Below are positions 46,183-62,340 of a stretch of 64,000 bases of DNA, piece after piece (within the stretch, counting starts at the first letter, position 1; each line of letters starts with the position of its first letter). A program made the translations under genes and the position numbers. This DNA is from the human T2T-CHM13v2.0 reference genome, Homo sapiens: assembly GCF_009914755.1 (NCBI RefSeq), contig NC_060927.1, one strand, 5' to 3'. The notes below the pieces were generated by a model, which saw nothing but the letters and a program-made list of their open reading frames with translations, ran no database searches and was not told the DNA's origin.

Positions 46183-46859
46183 GCACATATATGATGGTAG
46201 CACGTATTTTACATAAAGTAATCCTATAAAAAATATACTGATATTTTTCACTGCTCTACCTAATATTGTAAAGCCATAGACTGAGCAAGGTAAACAAATC
46301 AAAATATGATTATTGGCGAAGAACAACTCACGAGTAAAAATTAGTTTGAAAGATTAAATTCCAGACTGTGTCACAGGCTAATTTATACAAGTATAAGTGT
46401 AATTATACTTGTAATTACATTTTCAAGTATATATTCTATAGGAATAATTGGATGTAAATTTATTAATTTTCATGGTTAATGCAGAAACATCTTGAGTCAT
46501 TTCTATTGTAATTTTTAGTTATCAACTATGCTTTATTTAAATATATACATTCAATGAATAAAGAAAATTTAGAATCTAACTAAAACATACGAGATTTTGA
46601 GATAAGTGTCGTTAAGCCCTGAATTCAAGGCATAAAGTTCACAAGAGAAAAGGAAACAAAGGGACTCGCAGAGAGGCTTTGAAAGTTGTGGTTTGAGAAC
46701 AACAGGATTTGGGTTTTTTTTTACACTTCCTGGCTATTTAGTTGTGATTGTGTGTTGCTGCATAGACAATGGAGAAAGGATAACTTTTTAAATGTGTTTT
46801 TCTAGAGAATAACCACAAAGAAATAGAACAAGTAACTAGTGGGAACCACCATTACTGTT

Positions 46860-47290
46860 TATTTCACTTATCCACTTACTCATCTAGTAAATATGTATTC
46901 AATGCCAACTGCATGACAAGTACTATGCGAGGGTCTAGGCAATTGTGAATCAAAAGAAACAAAGGTCACTACTGTCATGGAGTTTAGAACTAGTGGGAAA
47001 ACAGAAACAAATGTAAAATGGGATCCTGCTGAAGGTTACAAAGAAGAAGCATGAAGAGCTGAATCGGGAAGATAAGAGAAGGTGCTCCTAAAGAAATTGA
47101 CACTGATATGGACTATGAGAAGTAGAAGATGACGATGAATCAAAAAGCTAAACGATCTCCAGGCAGAGAAGCATGTTCAAAGGTGTTCTTGCTATAGGGA
47201 TTATGCCAAGCAAAAACAAAATAAAACAAAACAACTGCATTGCTTGTACTCAATGAGGGCAAGTGCCTAGTATGATGCAGATGTGAGATA
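46860..47290 (-). mobile_element. L2 LINE 3' fragment
   Basis: 'catctagtaaatatgtattcaatgcc', 'ctgtcatggagtttagaactagtggg', 'ccaggcagagaagcatgttcaaagg'. Confidence 0.55.
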
Positions 47291-47479
47291 TTCTACAATT
47301 TCTTGTAAAGAAATTGAAGAAAGAACTAGAAAAATGTAGTTAATTATCTTAGGTCTATTTTTAATATCTGCCTGTCAATGCATGATGAAAGAGTGAGTTA
47401 AATCATTTGCTAAGTATTAGAATTTCCTCCTACCCTCTTTCTTTTGCCGTTGACTTGAGGGGATGTAGTCTTCACACTC

Positions 47480-47830
47480 CCACGATGGGTAGTTCATCAC
47501 ATTGGTAGCCCCAGAGAATCTTGCCTTCCGGTATCCATGCCCTTGTATCATCCTCTCTCCTTAAGCCTGAGCAGGTTCTATGGATTGTTTTAACTAACAG
47601 AATGTGGTAGCAGTGACACTCTTCCAGTTCCAGTCCTTCTCCTTAAGAAGAAGTGGGAGCTTCTACATTTGCATTCTGGGGAACTCTGAACTACCATGGA
47701 TGAATCCTGTCTCTCCTGCTAGAGAGACTACCTGAAGATGGAGAGGATGTGAAATGATGTGGGGGGAAAGCGAGAAATTCCACTAAATAGCAAGACCTGG
47801 GGTCCAGATGTACAACCCCAATCAAGTCCC
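47480..47830 (+). mobile_element. MLT1-family LTR fragment
   Basis: 'ggtatccatgcccttgtatcatcctctc', 'taactaacagaatgtggtagcagtgac'. Confidence 0.5.
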
Positions 47831-47857
47831 AAGCAAGAATTTTAGTAAAAGTACTTT

Positions 47858-48063
47858 TTTTATTTTATTTTTTTTTTATTATTATACATTAAGTTTTAGG
47901 ATACATGTGCACAACGTGCAGGTTTGTTACATATGTATACATGTGCCATGTTGGTGTGCTGCACCCATTAACTCGTCATTTACATTAGGTATATCTCCTA
48001 ATGCTATCCCTCCCCTCTCCCCCAACCCCACAACAGACCCCGGTGTGTGATGTTCCCCTCCCT
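47858..48063 (-). mobile_element. L1PA4-6-like 3' fragment
   Basis: L1 3'UTR antisense with poly(T); TSD gtaaaagtacttt at 47845-47857 and 48064-48076. Confidence 0.92.
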
Positions 48064-50152
48064 GTAAAAGTACTTTACTTGAAAGGGGAGTCTAGGAAGC
48101 ATGGTCAGGGGAATAGAGAAGTAGAAAAAGGAAGAGAAGAAATCTGTAAAGGGTGCTTTACTGAACAGATTTAATTGAAGGCAAGTAAAATACAATTCCT
48201 CTCATAAGTCAGGGGAACAGTGTAAAACAATACCTCACTGTTACCCCTTCCAAGAGCAGAAATGTGTTCTGTATCCACCACATCGTCACACATCATTGGT
48301 GAAGGCCTGCTCCCGGAATCACTAACCCTCTGACACTTTCTGCTTGCCCTAACAAGGGCCAAGTGTGCCTCCATACCAGAACTACATGAGCAGGCAGTCA
48401 CAGGTATTTAAGGAAAACAGTCTTTCAAGGATTAGTAGGTGAGTGCTGACTAAATATTACAGAGTGCTGAGCAGGCTGCCTCCACTGTAAAACACCAACT
48501 TCATGTGGCATGTGGCATGTGGCATATGGCAATGTTTCTTTGGCCTATTATCCCATCTCTAGCCTAACTCCCAGCACATACAGCTGAAAACATGCTGAAA
48601 ATATGAATATTAACATTTAAATTTGACTTTTGTTTAAAGGGTATGTGTTATATTCAATGGGCTTGATAAATATTAGATACTAGACCTCATTGGGATAAAA
48701 TTCAAAATGTTGATTCTATTCCAAAAAAAAAGTCAACCAAGATCCCCTTGTCCTGCCAGAACTACAAATTATGTGTTCATTTTCACAAAGCTGGTGCTTG
48801 GCTGTTTTATATAATATTAAGACACGGTTTTAATTACTTGGATAGAGAAAAGTTATCGAAGAGTTTCTAAGAAGCCTAGAATGTCTGTGGTACTATTCTT
48901 CCTTTGCCAACATTCTGGTAAACCTATGAATAATATATGTCAGTACTTGAACTACTTGAAGTGGAAATGGCAGAAATTTAAGACAAACATTTCCTGGTCT
49001 TTAATTCAAAGCTTGTATAAAGAAACTGTTGGTCGAAAGAGTATCAGATATTTGGAAGAAGGGAAAAGCCCCTCATTCTTGAAAAGTTGTATATTCAAAA
49101 CCAGAGGGAAGAACCGTAGTTTTCAGGAGAAGAAGCAGATTGACAACCCATGAGTTAAACACCTGCAGAATGAGGCTTAGTTCAGTACAGAGCTATTAAG
49201 TTCCTTTGTTGTTACATTCAGTGTGTCCATGTTCATTCCATCAGCAGTTGAATAAAAACTGTGTGAGTGTGTATCCTCCCAGAAGAGAGCAAGGGAGTCC
49301 ATTTGTATTGGGAGACAACTCTCCCCTTACCTCTTTTAGCTAGATGAAGAAATGCAAATTAAATGTCAAGCCAATTTTCATGTTAATAATAAGAGGAATA
49401 ACTTGAAACTTCTTGCTCTAGGCTGAATTGTCTAATATCCAGTCGCAGCTGCTAGGCTGGCTTTGTCCCACCAACTTAACTTTCACTCCTTAGCAGAAAA
49501 CTTTAATTGTATTGGTATCTGCCTTTAATTTAGTAAATGTGCTACATTTAAGGGGACAGAGGAAGCAAGAAAGAAGAGAGAGAGAGAAAGAATCTGAGAT
49601 CAGGACATAGGGCAGATGGCAGTTGCCTTGGTGGTGTCCACCCCTTACTTGCCTTTGAGGAGAAATACAGTGAATATAACGGCCAAAGACCATTTTCTCA
49701 CAGGGCAGAAGAAAAACGAGTAAGGGCTCTGGATAATCCACAAACTGAGGAATTGAGCTAATGCTAGTACTTTCAGGAGGCCTAGAGAATACCTCAGAAC
49801 TCAATTCATTTCTTATTGCTAAGTGTTGTATTTTTAAGAATGATAGGACAAAAAAACCCGAGGATATATTGTGTTCATCTGCGTCAAAAACTGCCCCAGC
49901 AACTTATCCCTCCATATCCTAATTTAATCCTAATTTAATCAGGATGCTCTCAAGGGTGTGTCCAGTAAATCTCTCCAGAGACTTCTTCAGACGTTTCTAG
50001 TTTTTTTGTTTCTCAAGTGGAAAGAGAGCAGAGCATAAAACTACCGTGCGTTATTCTTTTCTGTTATTTTAATGGAGATGGCTCTTTACTGGTGGCTCAG
50101 GGCAGTACCTTTCCCAGAGCAAATGCTATAGAAGTACAAGCAGCTGATGTTA

Positions 50153-51062
50153 CAGTGGTTCCCCTTTATTCACGGTTTCACTTTCTGGTGTTTCAGTTAC
50201 CTGAAGTCTACTACTGTCAGAAAATATTCAGCGGAAAATTTCAGAAATAAACAATTCCTCGGTTTCAAATTGCATGCTCTTCTGAGTAGCATGATGAGAT
50301 CTCTCATCTTCCCACTCCATTCTGCCCGGTTAGTGAATCACCCCTTTGTCCAGTATAGCCACACTGTATGTACTACCCACTCATTCTTTTTACCAGAGTG
50401 ACTATTGCAGAATCTCAGTGTTTGCGTTCAAGTAACCCTTTTTTAATTAATAATACTTTACTAATAATAACTGAATTATTAGTTATTGTTACTCTCCACT
50501 ATGCCTAATTTATAAATTCAGCTTTTTCATAGGTAAATGTGTTAGTCTGTTTGTGTTGCTATAAAAGATTAATCGAAGCTGGGTAATTTATAAAGAAAAA
50601 AGGTTTATTTGGTTCACAGTTTTGCAGGCTTTACAGGAAGCACGGCACCAACATCTACTTCTGGTGAGGGCCTCAGGAAGCTTCCACTCATGATGGAAGG
50701 AGAAGGGGAGCAAGCATCACATGGCGAGAGAGGAAGGAAGAAGGGGTGGGGGAGGTGCCAGGATCATTTTAACATTCAGTTCTCACAGGAACTAATCAAG
50801 TAAGAACTCACTCATTACCTGCAAGACAGCAACAAGCCATTCATGACAGAGCAACCCCCATGACCCAAATACCTCCCATCAGGCCCCACCTCCAACATTG
50901 GAGATCACATTTCAACATGAAATTTGGAGGGGGCGAAAATCGAAAATGTATCAGTATGTATAGGAAAAAACACAGTGAATACAGGATTTGGTACCATCCA
51001 TGGTCTCCCGCATCCACTGAGAGTCTTGCGATGTATCCCCTGAGTATACGTAGGGACTATTT
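50153..51062. mobile_element. MER44-like TcMar-Tigger element split by an MST LTR
   Basis: TA then 'cagtggttcccctttattcacggtttcac'; end 'catccactgagagtcttgcgatgtatcccc...gggacta'. Confidence 0.7.
50538..50953 (-). mobile_element. MSTB-like MaLR solo LTR
   Basis: 'tgtgttagtctgtttgtgttgctataaaag', 'cttctggtgagggcctcaggaagcttccactcatg', 'aggccccacctccaacattgg'. Confidence 0.85.
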
Positions 51063-51289
51063 TACTAGTGCTGCTGCTACTAGTAATACTACCATGATGG
51101 CTACTACCACGACTGCTATTACAACTTATCTGAGTGTGTCATAGAAATTCAGATAAGGGTTACTTAGGTCAGCATAATTTATATCCCTGCTAAAAATGCC
51201 CTTTTCTCCAAATACTGCAGGGTCTACCATGTACAAGGTAATCACTAGAAAAGTTAAGGCACAATTTAAGTGTCAGCTTCAGTCCAATT

Positions 51290-51460
51290 TTTTTTAGAGG
51301 CCACCTGCAACAGAATCATCTGAGTTACTTCTTAAAAAGGCAACTTACTGGGAACTACACTAGACTGACTTAATCAGAATCTAGAATGTAGCTTATGAAT
51401 CTTTCATTTAAACGAATTCTCCAGATATTTCTTGTTGAGTAGAAATTTGAAAACTTCTGC
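51290..51460. mobile_element. MER5A-like relic
   Basis: 'ccacctgcaacagaatcatctg', 'ctagactgacttaatcagaatct', 'aaatttgaaaacttctg'. Confidence 0.5.
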
Positions 51461-51576
51461 TGGTCTTTTCTGGAAAAGTTACACATAAGGTTTTGACCTA
51501 CTTTGATGGAATTTGTGGCAGAATGTTCATATGCAAGAAACGGTCAAACATTTCTCCAAATGTTTTTAGATTTTAA

Positions 51577-51895
<319 letters not shown>

Positions 51896-52009
51896 AAAAA
51901 TTATTTTAAGATAATTATATGTATATTTGAAAACTGTTAAATAACTTAAAAAATCTAGTAATCACAAGATGTAAAGTAACTCATAATTCTAAATATTTTC
52001 CAAAAGGTT

Positions 52010-52380
52010 TGTATTAGTCCATTTTCATACTGCTATAAAAAGCTGCCCAAGACTGAGTAATTTTAAAGGAAAGAGGTTTAATTGACTTACATTTCAGCAT
52101 GGCTAGGGAGGCCTCAGGAAACCTACAATCATGGCAGAAGGTGAAGGGAAAGCAAGGCATCTTCTTGCACCTTCTTCACTAGTCAAGGGGAAAGAGCCCC
52201 TTATAAAACCATCAGATTTCGTGAGAACTCAGTCACTATCATGAGAACAGCATGGGGGAACCACCTCCATGATTCAATGACCTTCCACTAGGTCTCTCCC
52301 TTGACACATGGGGATTGCGGGGTGATGGAGTTTTTATTCAAGCTGATATTTGAATGGGGACACAAAGCCTAACCATATCA
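52010..52380 (-). mobile_element. THE1C/D-like solo LTR
   Basis: tgtattagtcc...cctaaccatatca; 5-bp TSD aggtt at 52005-52009 and 52381-52385. Confidence 0.9.
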
Positions 52381-53081
52381 AGGTTTATCTGCATTTTTTC
52401 ACCAAACTGGTGTTATAATAATCCTATAGTTGTTTTTACCGCTTTTTTACTCAAAATATATGGGGAACATTTACAATGTTATTAAAAATTTTCCTACACA
52501 TACAACATTTCTAAAGGTTTTATGCCATTTCGTCAAAATTATATGCAGGCATTCAATAAACTCCATTGTTAGATAGGCTTTTTTGTTTTTTCCCTGAGGT
52601 TTTTTGGAAATATGAAACATGCAGAATCAACATTCTTTATTACATCCTTTTAGTTTTGAAAAGCATGAAAATATCATTATAAACTCTTTACAATTCCATG
52701 TTACTATCACCGACTACAGTTTACTAGCAAAAGAAGGGAAAGATATTTTCTAAGTAGTTAATCCATAGAATAAACTTATTTATTACATAGTCCAAGTAGA
52801 TTATATAAATCATATTTCAAAATTAACTTTCTGAAAGTATAATTGTACAGGGAAGTGCACATGAACCATCAAATAGAAAAAAACTCCAAATTGTCAACAT
52901 TTAATGGAAAGTGTGTATTTTCTAACTTCAAATGGTATAGTCACTTGAAATTGAGAGGGAAAGTAAACACAGAAATGAAGCTATAGCAAAACTAAGGAAG
53001 GAAAAAATGCTGAGGCACTTAGTAATATTTTAGTAAATATTCTTTTTCATTTAAAGCCAAGACAGCTTCAAAATATTCTCC

Positions 53082-55730
53082 GTGGAGCTGGTACCATTCC
53101 TTCTGAAACTATTCCAATCAATAGAAAAAGAGGGAATCCTCCCTAACTCATTTTATGAGGCCAGCTTCATCCTGATACCAAAGCCTGGCAGAGACACAAC
53201 GAAAAAAGAGAATTTTAGACCAATATCCCTGATGAACATCAATGCAAAAATCCTCAATAAAATACTGGCAAACCGAGTCCAGCAACTCATCAAAAAGCTT
53301 ATCCACCATGATCAAGTGGGCTTCATCCCTGGGATGCAAGGCTGGTTCAACATACGAAAATCAATGAACGTAATCCAGCATATAAACAGAACCAAAGACA
53401 AAAACCACATAATTATCTCAACAGATGAAGAAAAGGCCTCTGACAAAATTCAACAGCCCCTCATGCTAAAAACTCTCAATAAATTAGGTACTGATGGGAC
53501 GTATCTCAAAATAATAAGAGCTATTTATGACAAACCCACAGCCAATATCATACTGAATGGGCAAAAACTGGAAGCATTCCCTTTGAAAACTGGCACAAGA
53601 CAGGAATGCCCTCTCTCACCACTCCTATTCAACATAGTGTTGGAAGTTCTGGCCAGGGCAATCAGGCAGGAGAAAGAAATAAATGGTATTCAATTAGGAA
53701 AAGAGGAAGTCAAATTGTCCCTGTTTGCAGATGACATGATTGTACATTTAGAAAACCCCATCATCTCAGCCCAAAATCTCCTTAATCTGATAAGCAACTT
53801 CAGCAAAGTCTCAGGATACAAAATCAATGTGCAAAAATCACAAGCATTCTTTTACAACAATAAGAGACAAACAGAGAGCCAAATCATGGGTGAACTCTCA
53901 TTCACAATTGCTTCAAAGAGAATAAAATACCTAGGAATCCCACTTACAAGGGATATGAAGGACCTCTTCAAGGAGAACTACAAATCACTGCTCAACGAAA
54001 TAGAAGAGGACACAAACAAGTGGAAGAACATTCTGTGCTCATGGATAGGAAGAATCAATATTGTGGAAATGGCCATACTGCCCAAGGTAATTAATAGATT
54101 CAATGCCATCCCCATCAAGCTACCAATGACTTTCTTCACAGAATTGGAAAAAACTACTTGAAAGTTCACATGGAACCAAAAAAGAGCCCGCACTGCCAAG
54201 TCAATCCTAAGCCAAAAGAACAAAGCTGGAGGCATCACACTACCTGACTTCAAACTATACTACAAGGCTGCAGTAACCAAAGCAGCATGGTACTGGTACC
54301 AAAACAGAGATATAGACCAATGGAACAGAACAGAGCCCTCAGAAATAATACCACACAGCCACAACCATCTGATCTTTGACATACCTGAGAAAAACAAGCA
54401 ATGGGGAAGGGATTCCCTATTTAATAAATGGTGCTGGGAAAACTGGCTAGCCATATGTAGAAAGTTGAAACTGGATCCCTTCCTTACACCTTATACAAAA
54501 ATTAATTCAAGGTGGATTAAAGACTTAAATATTAGATCTAAAACCATAAAAACCCTAGAAGAAAACCTAGGCAATACCATTCAGGACATAGGCATGGACA
54601 AGGACTTCATGTCTAAAACACCAAAAGCAATGGCAACAAAAGCCAAAATTGACAGATGGGATCTAATTAAACTAAAGAGCTTCTGCACAGCAAAAGAAAC
54701 TATCATCAGAGTGAACAGGCAGCCTACAGAATGGGAGAAAATGTTTGCAATCTACTCATCTGACAAAGGGCTCATATCCAGAATCTACAATGAACTCAAA
54801 CAAATTTACAAGAAAAAGACAAACAACCCCATCAAAAAGCGGGTGAAGGATATGAACAGACGCTTCTCAAAAGAAGACATTTATGCAGCCAAAAAACACA
54901 TGAAAAAATGCTCATCATCTCTGGCCATCAGAGAAATGCAAATCAAAACCACAATGAGATACCATCTCACACCCGTTAGAATGGCGATCATTAAAAAGTC
55001 AGGAAACAACAGGTGCTGGAGAGGATGTGGAGAAATAGGAACACTTTTACACTGTTGGTGGGACTGTAAACTAGTTCAACCATTGTGGAAGTCAGTGTGG
55101 CGATTCGTCAGGGATCTAGAACTAGAAATACCATTTGACCCAGCCATCCCATTACTGAGTATATACCCAAAGGATTATAAATCATGCTGCTATAAAGACA
55201 CAGGCACACGTATGTATATTGCGGCACTATTCACAATAGCAAAGACTTGGAACCAGCCCAAATATCCACCAACGATAGACTGGATTAAGAAAATGTGGCA
55301 CATATACACCATGGAATACTATGCAGCCGTATAAAATGATGAGTTCATGTCCTTTGTAGGGACATGGATGAAGCTGGAAACCATCATTCTCAGCAAACTA
55401 TCACAAGGACAAAAAACCAAGCACTGCATTTTCTCACTCATAGGTGGGAATTGAACAATGAGAACACTTGGGCACAGGAAGGGGGACATCACACACCGGG
55501 GCCTGTTGTGGGGTGGGGGGAGGGGGGAGGGATAGCATTAGGAGATATACCTAATGTTAAATGACGAGTTAATGGGTGCAGCACACCAACGTGGCACATG
55601 TATACATATGTAACAAACCTGCACGTTGTGTACATGTACCCTAGAACTTAAAGTATATATATAAAAAAAGAAATTAAGCAGAATAAATAAATAAATGAAA
55701 TAAAACAAAAAAAGAAAAAACAAACAAACA
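53082..55730 (+). mobile_element. L1PA4/5-like 5'-truncated LINE-1 (RT and C-terminal ORF2 remnant, 3'UTR, composite tail)
   Basis: ORF2 fragments 53082-54161 and 54465-55334; TSD aaaatattctcc at 53070-53081 and 55731-55742. Confidence 0.95.
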
Positions 55731-58099
55731 AAAATATTCTCCTTTATTTTATAAAAATAATTTTCCAAGCTGAAAAGGTTTTGAAAGAGTCTTTCAAGGT
55801 GAGCCACTTTGCAGAAAATTCTCTTGTGCATGAATATGTAAGGTAGCAAATTTAAACTAATAAGAATATTTAATATAAACATACATAATGAGTTTGTCTT
55901 GAGAGAACAGCTCTCTGTACTTCAAATGTAGAAATCTGATATATCTTGCAACTGATAATGTGTTTTAATACGAGGAAATGACCAAAATATCAGCAGTGTT
56001 CTCATGGTTTCCTGGGAGGAAAAGGTATGTCTGAGATAATGAGCACCAAGGCCAGTTCACCAAGGGCAAAATCCCTACTTGTGTCCTTCCTGTTGAAGGG
56101 CTTCTGTGATACTCCAATGAGGAGAGACTGCTGATCAACAGCAGGTTGTTATCGACCCAAGACTTTATAATTTGCTTAATCTATTTATGAGCTCTATAAC
56201 TGTTACTAAACAGTTCCATGGATATTCATTTCATAGCCATTATAAAATGTATTCTTCAAATCCTTCCAAACATTTTTAAGAAGTACATAAAATTCTTGGA
56301 ACCAACTAAAACTTCCTCTTAGCTAAGTTTATTAGGCCCTTACTCTGAACCAGACTTTACATTTGTTAATTCATCTATTTCTCACAATAATGCTAAAAGG
56401 TTAACCTAATTATCCCCCATTTTGCAGATGAGAACTCAACTTCAGGGTAAAGTACCCACGGTTGTGCTAGTAGGAAGTGGTGGGATCACTAGTGAAATAC
56501 AAGTCTAAATCACTGCATCCCTATTCATTATGAACAAGCTGGACCCTAGAAGAAACAGCAGCTTTGAGACACTACGTTCCATACAAGGGATACATTCTTA
56601 CAAAGCAATTTTTAAATTGTAAGGAAAAACGGAAATATAAATTTTAGTTAAAGTCCATTTTTGAATGATTTTTCATTCACAAATAATAAAGAGGAATATC
56701 TTGACTTTTCCATTCATGTAATGGAACAGGGTTCTCCAAAACGTATGGAAATGTCCCCTTAATAGAAAAAATGTTTTGATCTTACCAAATATATGTGTTT
56801 AAAACTATGTATAAATGTTATACAGTACATGCTGTACTGTTATGTATTTTTTATAAATTATATCCAAAAATGAAAATTAAAAAGGATGAAGTGTATGAGC
56901 TAAATTGAAATTTTTTTCTCTCTCCCCTTCATTTTACAGGGAGACTAGACCATTTTACATACTCCACTGTGTAGAACACTAGAATAGATTTTTAGCATTC
57001 ACAATAAGCTTTCTAATGGGAAAGAGATGCTAATCATGGGTGAATGTAAAGAAATATTTCATGCCTGAAATTTGCTACCCTACATGCTGGGGTAGGGGTA
57101 GGTCTCTAAATTTACATATTTCATAAGAACTTTCTTAACCGGACTCGATTTAACTGGAGTTTGAAGGATTTCCTAGAGCTGCTGAACGTGCATGGTTGAT
57201 TGGCAACTCTCTAGCTACAGTTCCTGCAGTTAGAATTGTATACATATCAAAAATCAGTTGTTTGTTCCCCCGAAAGCAGTGTTTAAGTGTTTTGCATTAT
57301 CTATGATATAATCTTTAGACTTTACTTCTGCATCAGTGAAACTAAATTAGGGATCACCAAATAGGGCATTTACATTGAAGAGAGTCGTTAAATACTGGTT
57401 CAGCATCATTAGGTTGCTCATAAAGGAATCACGAATAAACATTTTAGAGAGGTTGAGTTTATTGCATATATTGGATATTTACAACATAGTAAATATTCCA
57501 CCTGCTCATACTTGCTGCAAATATAGAGTTGGGAAAATGTTTTTGACCCTGGAATAAAGAAGCAATAAACAGCTTTACACAACATTAAGTACAAAAGTGA
57601 ATTTAAGGAGTCTGATAATTGGAAAAGTCATTTATCGAAATAATCTTCATCATCAAGAACATTGTTTCTATTGTAACACCAGCTAATATAAACACCCAGC
57701 ACATCAGACGTTTGGAAGAAGAGTAGGTAGTTCTCCTTACAAGTATTCTTAGCCCTGTGGTTTTATGTTTTTCAATGCTGATAGAAGTAGAAGACTGGAT
57801 AACCAAGCAAAAATGGGTTCTGGAATAAATAATTGCCTAAGAATGTAGGTGTTTACAATAAGGTCTAAGTGAGCATTAAAAGAGTGACAAATTTCAGGAA
57901 ATTGTGATGTTTAAGATAATTCTCACCTTTAATAAAGTTTTATAGGTAATTGAGACTTTAACTTGTATAACTAATTTTCAGTCATAAAATTTATCTCCTC
58001 TTTTAATCAAAACTTATTTTTTTCTTAACATGGTTTCTGAAATTTTTAAAGTAAAATATTTTTAAATCTGGCAGAAAAAAATGATGAAAATTTTAACTT

Positions 58100-58232
58100 A
58101 TTCTATTATTTGTAAAAATGTGGAGTCCTGCTATGTTTCCCAGGCTAGTCACCAACTCCTGCACTCAAGTGATGCTCCAGCCTCATCCTCTTGAGTAGCT
58201 GGGATTACAGGCACATGCCACTGCACCCTGCT
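58100..58232 (-). mobile_element. FLAM_A-like Alu monomer
   Basis: Monomer with approximate TSD atgaaaatt(t/c)taa at ~58084 and ~58234. Confidence 0.75.
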
Positions 58233-59793
58233 CATGAAAATTCTAAACAATTGGCTTTGTGATGAAGTTATGTGACTTTAAATATTACTGACCTTTGTTG
58301 AAAGTATTTCTTGCATTCAATGTTGAGTTATTCTGTTAATGAAGATCTACAAAGAAGATGAAACACTAAAAAAATTTGCAAATTTCAAATGCTTGCATTT
58401 GAAATATATTTTTTATTTTCAGTGCTTTAAAAATATTTTAAGACATTTTCGAAAACCATGTGAATGCATTTTTATTAGAGATAATGTTTTAAAAATTTGT
58501 AATATACCTGTGATATGATTCATAATAAGCCAGGTTGTCCTGTGGTAGCATCCAACCACAAGATTTGAGTGGCTTAGGATCACAAAGGTTAATTTACCTC
58601 TCATTTAACATCCACAGTGGCCGCAGACGCCTTTCCAGGGAGGCTGTTCTCCACATTGCCATTCGGGGTTCCAGGCCTCTTTGGTAGGTTGTGTAACAGG
58701 ATGAAATGCTAGGGAAGTAACACAAAGCTCTTCAGTGCTTTCATCTGAAGGCGACACGTTACTTGCCATACAACTGATCAGGTCTGTCATGTGGGCTAGT
58801 CACGTGGACTCTTCCAGTTGCAAGACAAGATGAGAATGAGGTCTCCTTGTCCCCATAAGTGATAACTGAATATTGGTAAATGCTAGCAATGCCTACTTAC
58901 ATGAACACAAACAGCATTATTTGTTCCTGTTTTTGTAGTGGGTTAAACAGTAGCATAACCCTTCTTTTGATTCTTAATGCCACTTATCTAGACAAGTTGG
59001 ATAATGTATTTTGATCGCTCCTTTCCTAGAAAATCTTATCATAGCTGTTCAATCATTAATGTCTAAAAATATTCCATATTTGCCATCTGTGAAATTTATT
59101 ACTATAGAAGATTTCTTCAAACCATGACCTTAGAATTATTTAAAATTTTGCTGGGCAAAAGCAATGGCTGTCTCTCTTCTGTCAGCTGCTCCAGGTGAAT
59201 GGGGGACAATGATGTGACCTCCTACTCTGCAAAGAATTTATATTTCCATTAAGCACTTTGAGGCCAGGGAAAGACACTTTAGAAACCATTAAATTATTAT
59301 AGTGCCATAAGCATTTGGGTTTCTAAATTGTTAGATTCAATCCGTATTCCTCTGAACTCAAAATACTAATGTCGGAGACAGAACATCATTTATGACTAAG
59401 AAAATTCTTTCCTATGGATCACAGGGTATGAAAATGAGTAGATGAATGCTTAACAAACTGGAAAAAGCTCCTCTTGGCTGCAAGAAGATTGTAATATGAT
59501 CAAGAAACAGGAGAACCTGTTTACAATTTTGTCTTGAAAACTCATATCTACCAATTATTTCTCTTTCTTTATGTTAGATTTATGTTGGTATGGTTAGTTA
59601 TAGACCAAAGTTATTTCTGTTTGTGTGTGTGACTGAATTTTAACGTATCTGAGAATATAAATCAAAACTTGCAAACGTTTGTCTTTCTAAATATTCCTTC
59701 AACCCCTAATTCTTTGTTGAGAGAATATTTTGTTATACTATTAAACCTAAGAAATATTTATGTTACTTTGCTTTTCTCTTCCAACTTATTTTT

Positions 59794-61284
<1,491 letters not shown>

Positions 61285-62139
61285 TCAAATAAACCTTTCG
61301 AGTTGGTAATGTGACCTGCCAAACATGTCATGGGCATGCAATTAGGCACCTTTGTATTTTAAAAAACAAAAGGTTACCCTAAGTATCCTCTAAAAAAATG
61401 AATCTGTATTTTGTGATATATGATTTAGTAGCTACTATTTGGTACTTGGTAGGAAATAGCTCCCCAATTAAAGCTTGATTCCTGAACAGAATGAATGTAT
61501 GAATTGACTCTATTACAGATAAAATAAGGCCTAAAGAAATAAGGACATTCATGTGGAGTTGCAGAGCCCAGAAAGTGCATGAGTACCTGTCTATTGTCAC
61601 CTGGGCCATGCTCATTTCTGTGCAACTTATACATGGTTGTGTGTTTCTCCAAAGACACTAAAATTGATGCAGAAGAGATGTCTTTCAGCAAATTTGGTTA
61701 ATATTATTCATCTATTAATTATCTCACCCATTCATTCATTCACTTAAGAAACCTTTTGTGAGTACTTATTGGATCAAATCCTGGGAATCCAGAAGTTTCA
61801 ATTTTATTACTGCTATCAAAAGCACACACCATAACAGATTTGTTTAAAAAATTTGAAGTGCTAACTGAAAAGTGGAAAGAAATATGAATAATTTGTTAGT
61901 TTTGCAAAAGTTATTGGGTCAAAACTTACTTTAAGCAAGAGAAGAGTAATTTTACTTTGTCAAATTAGAAAGAAGTTGAAGTTGACATATGCTAAAGAAA
62001 GCATCATTAGCATAGATGGAGGTGTATGTGATGAAAACATGTAGGAAATCCAGGCATCTGCTCAACCTCAACTGATTGTAACTCTGTGAGATTAAAAGGT
62101 GGTTGGAGATCAGGAGAGTATGGTGGTTAGAACGTTGGG

Positions 62140-62340
62140 GTAAGATCAGATTGAACACTAATTTCATCCTTTACTGACTGCTGAATATGAACAACTATTT
62201 AACTTCCCTGAGTTCCAATTTCTTCATTGTAAAATGAGATTACTTTTCCATCAACTGTTATTCTGTGTGAGGAATTAATTAAATGTAATTATACAGCATT
62301 TAGCCCGGTGCCTGGCACACAGGAAGCACATATTAAATAA
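62140..62340 (+). mobile_element. MIR/L2-end relic
   Basis: 'ctatttaacttccctgagttccaatttcttcattgtaaaatgag', 'gtgcctggcacacaggaagcac'. Confidence 0.6.

Noticed and set aside
48503-48530. (atgtggc)4 tandem repeat
   Set aside because: Ordinary short slippage repeat
58382-58405. 11-bp hairpin atttcaaatgc-tt-gcatttgaaat
   Set aside because: Short and AT-rich; plausible by chance in 64 kb
55743-59780. Existing inversion of the spacer between the two inverted L1s
   Set aside because: Each L1 still has matching TSDs, and its 5' and 3' subfamily diagnostics agree, so there is no net inversion in this haplotype
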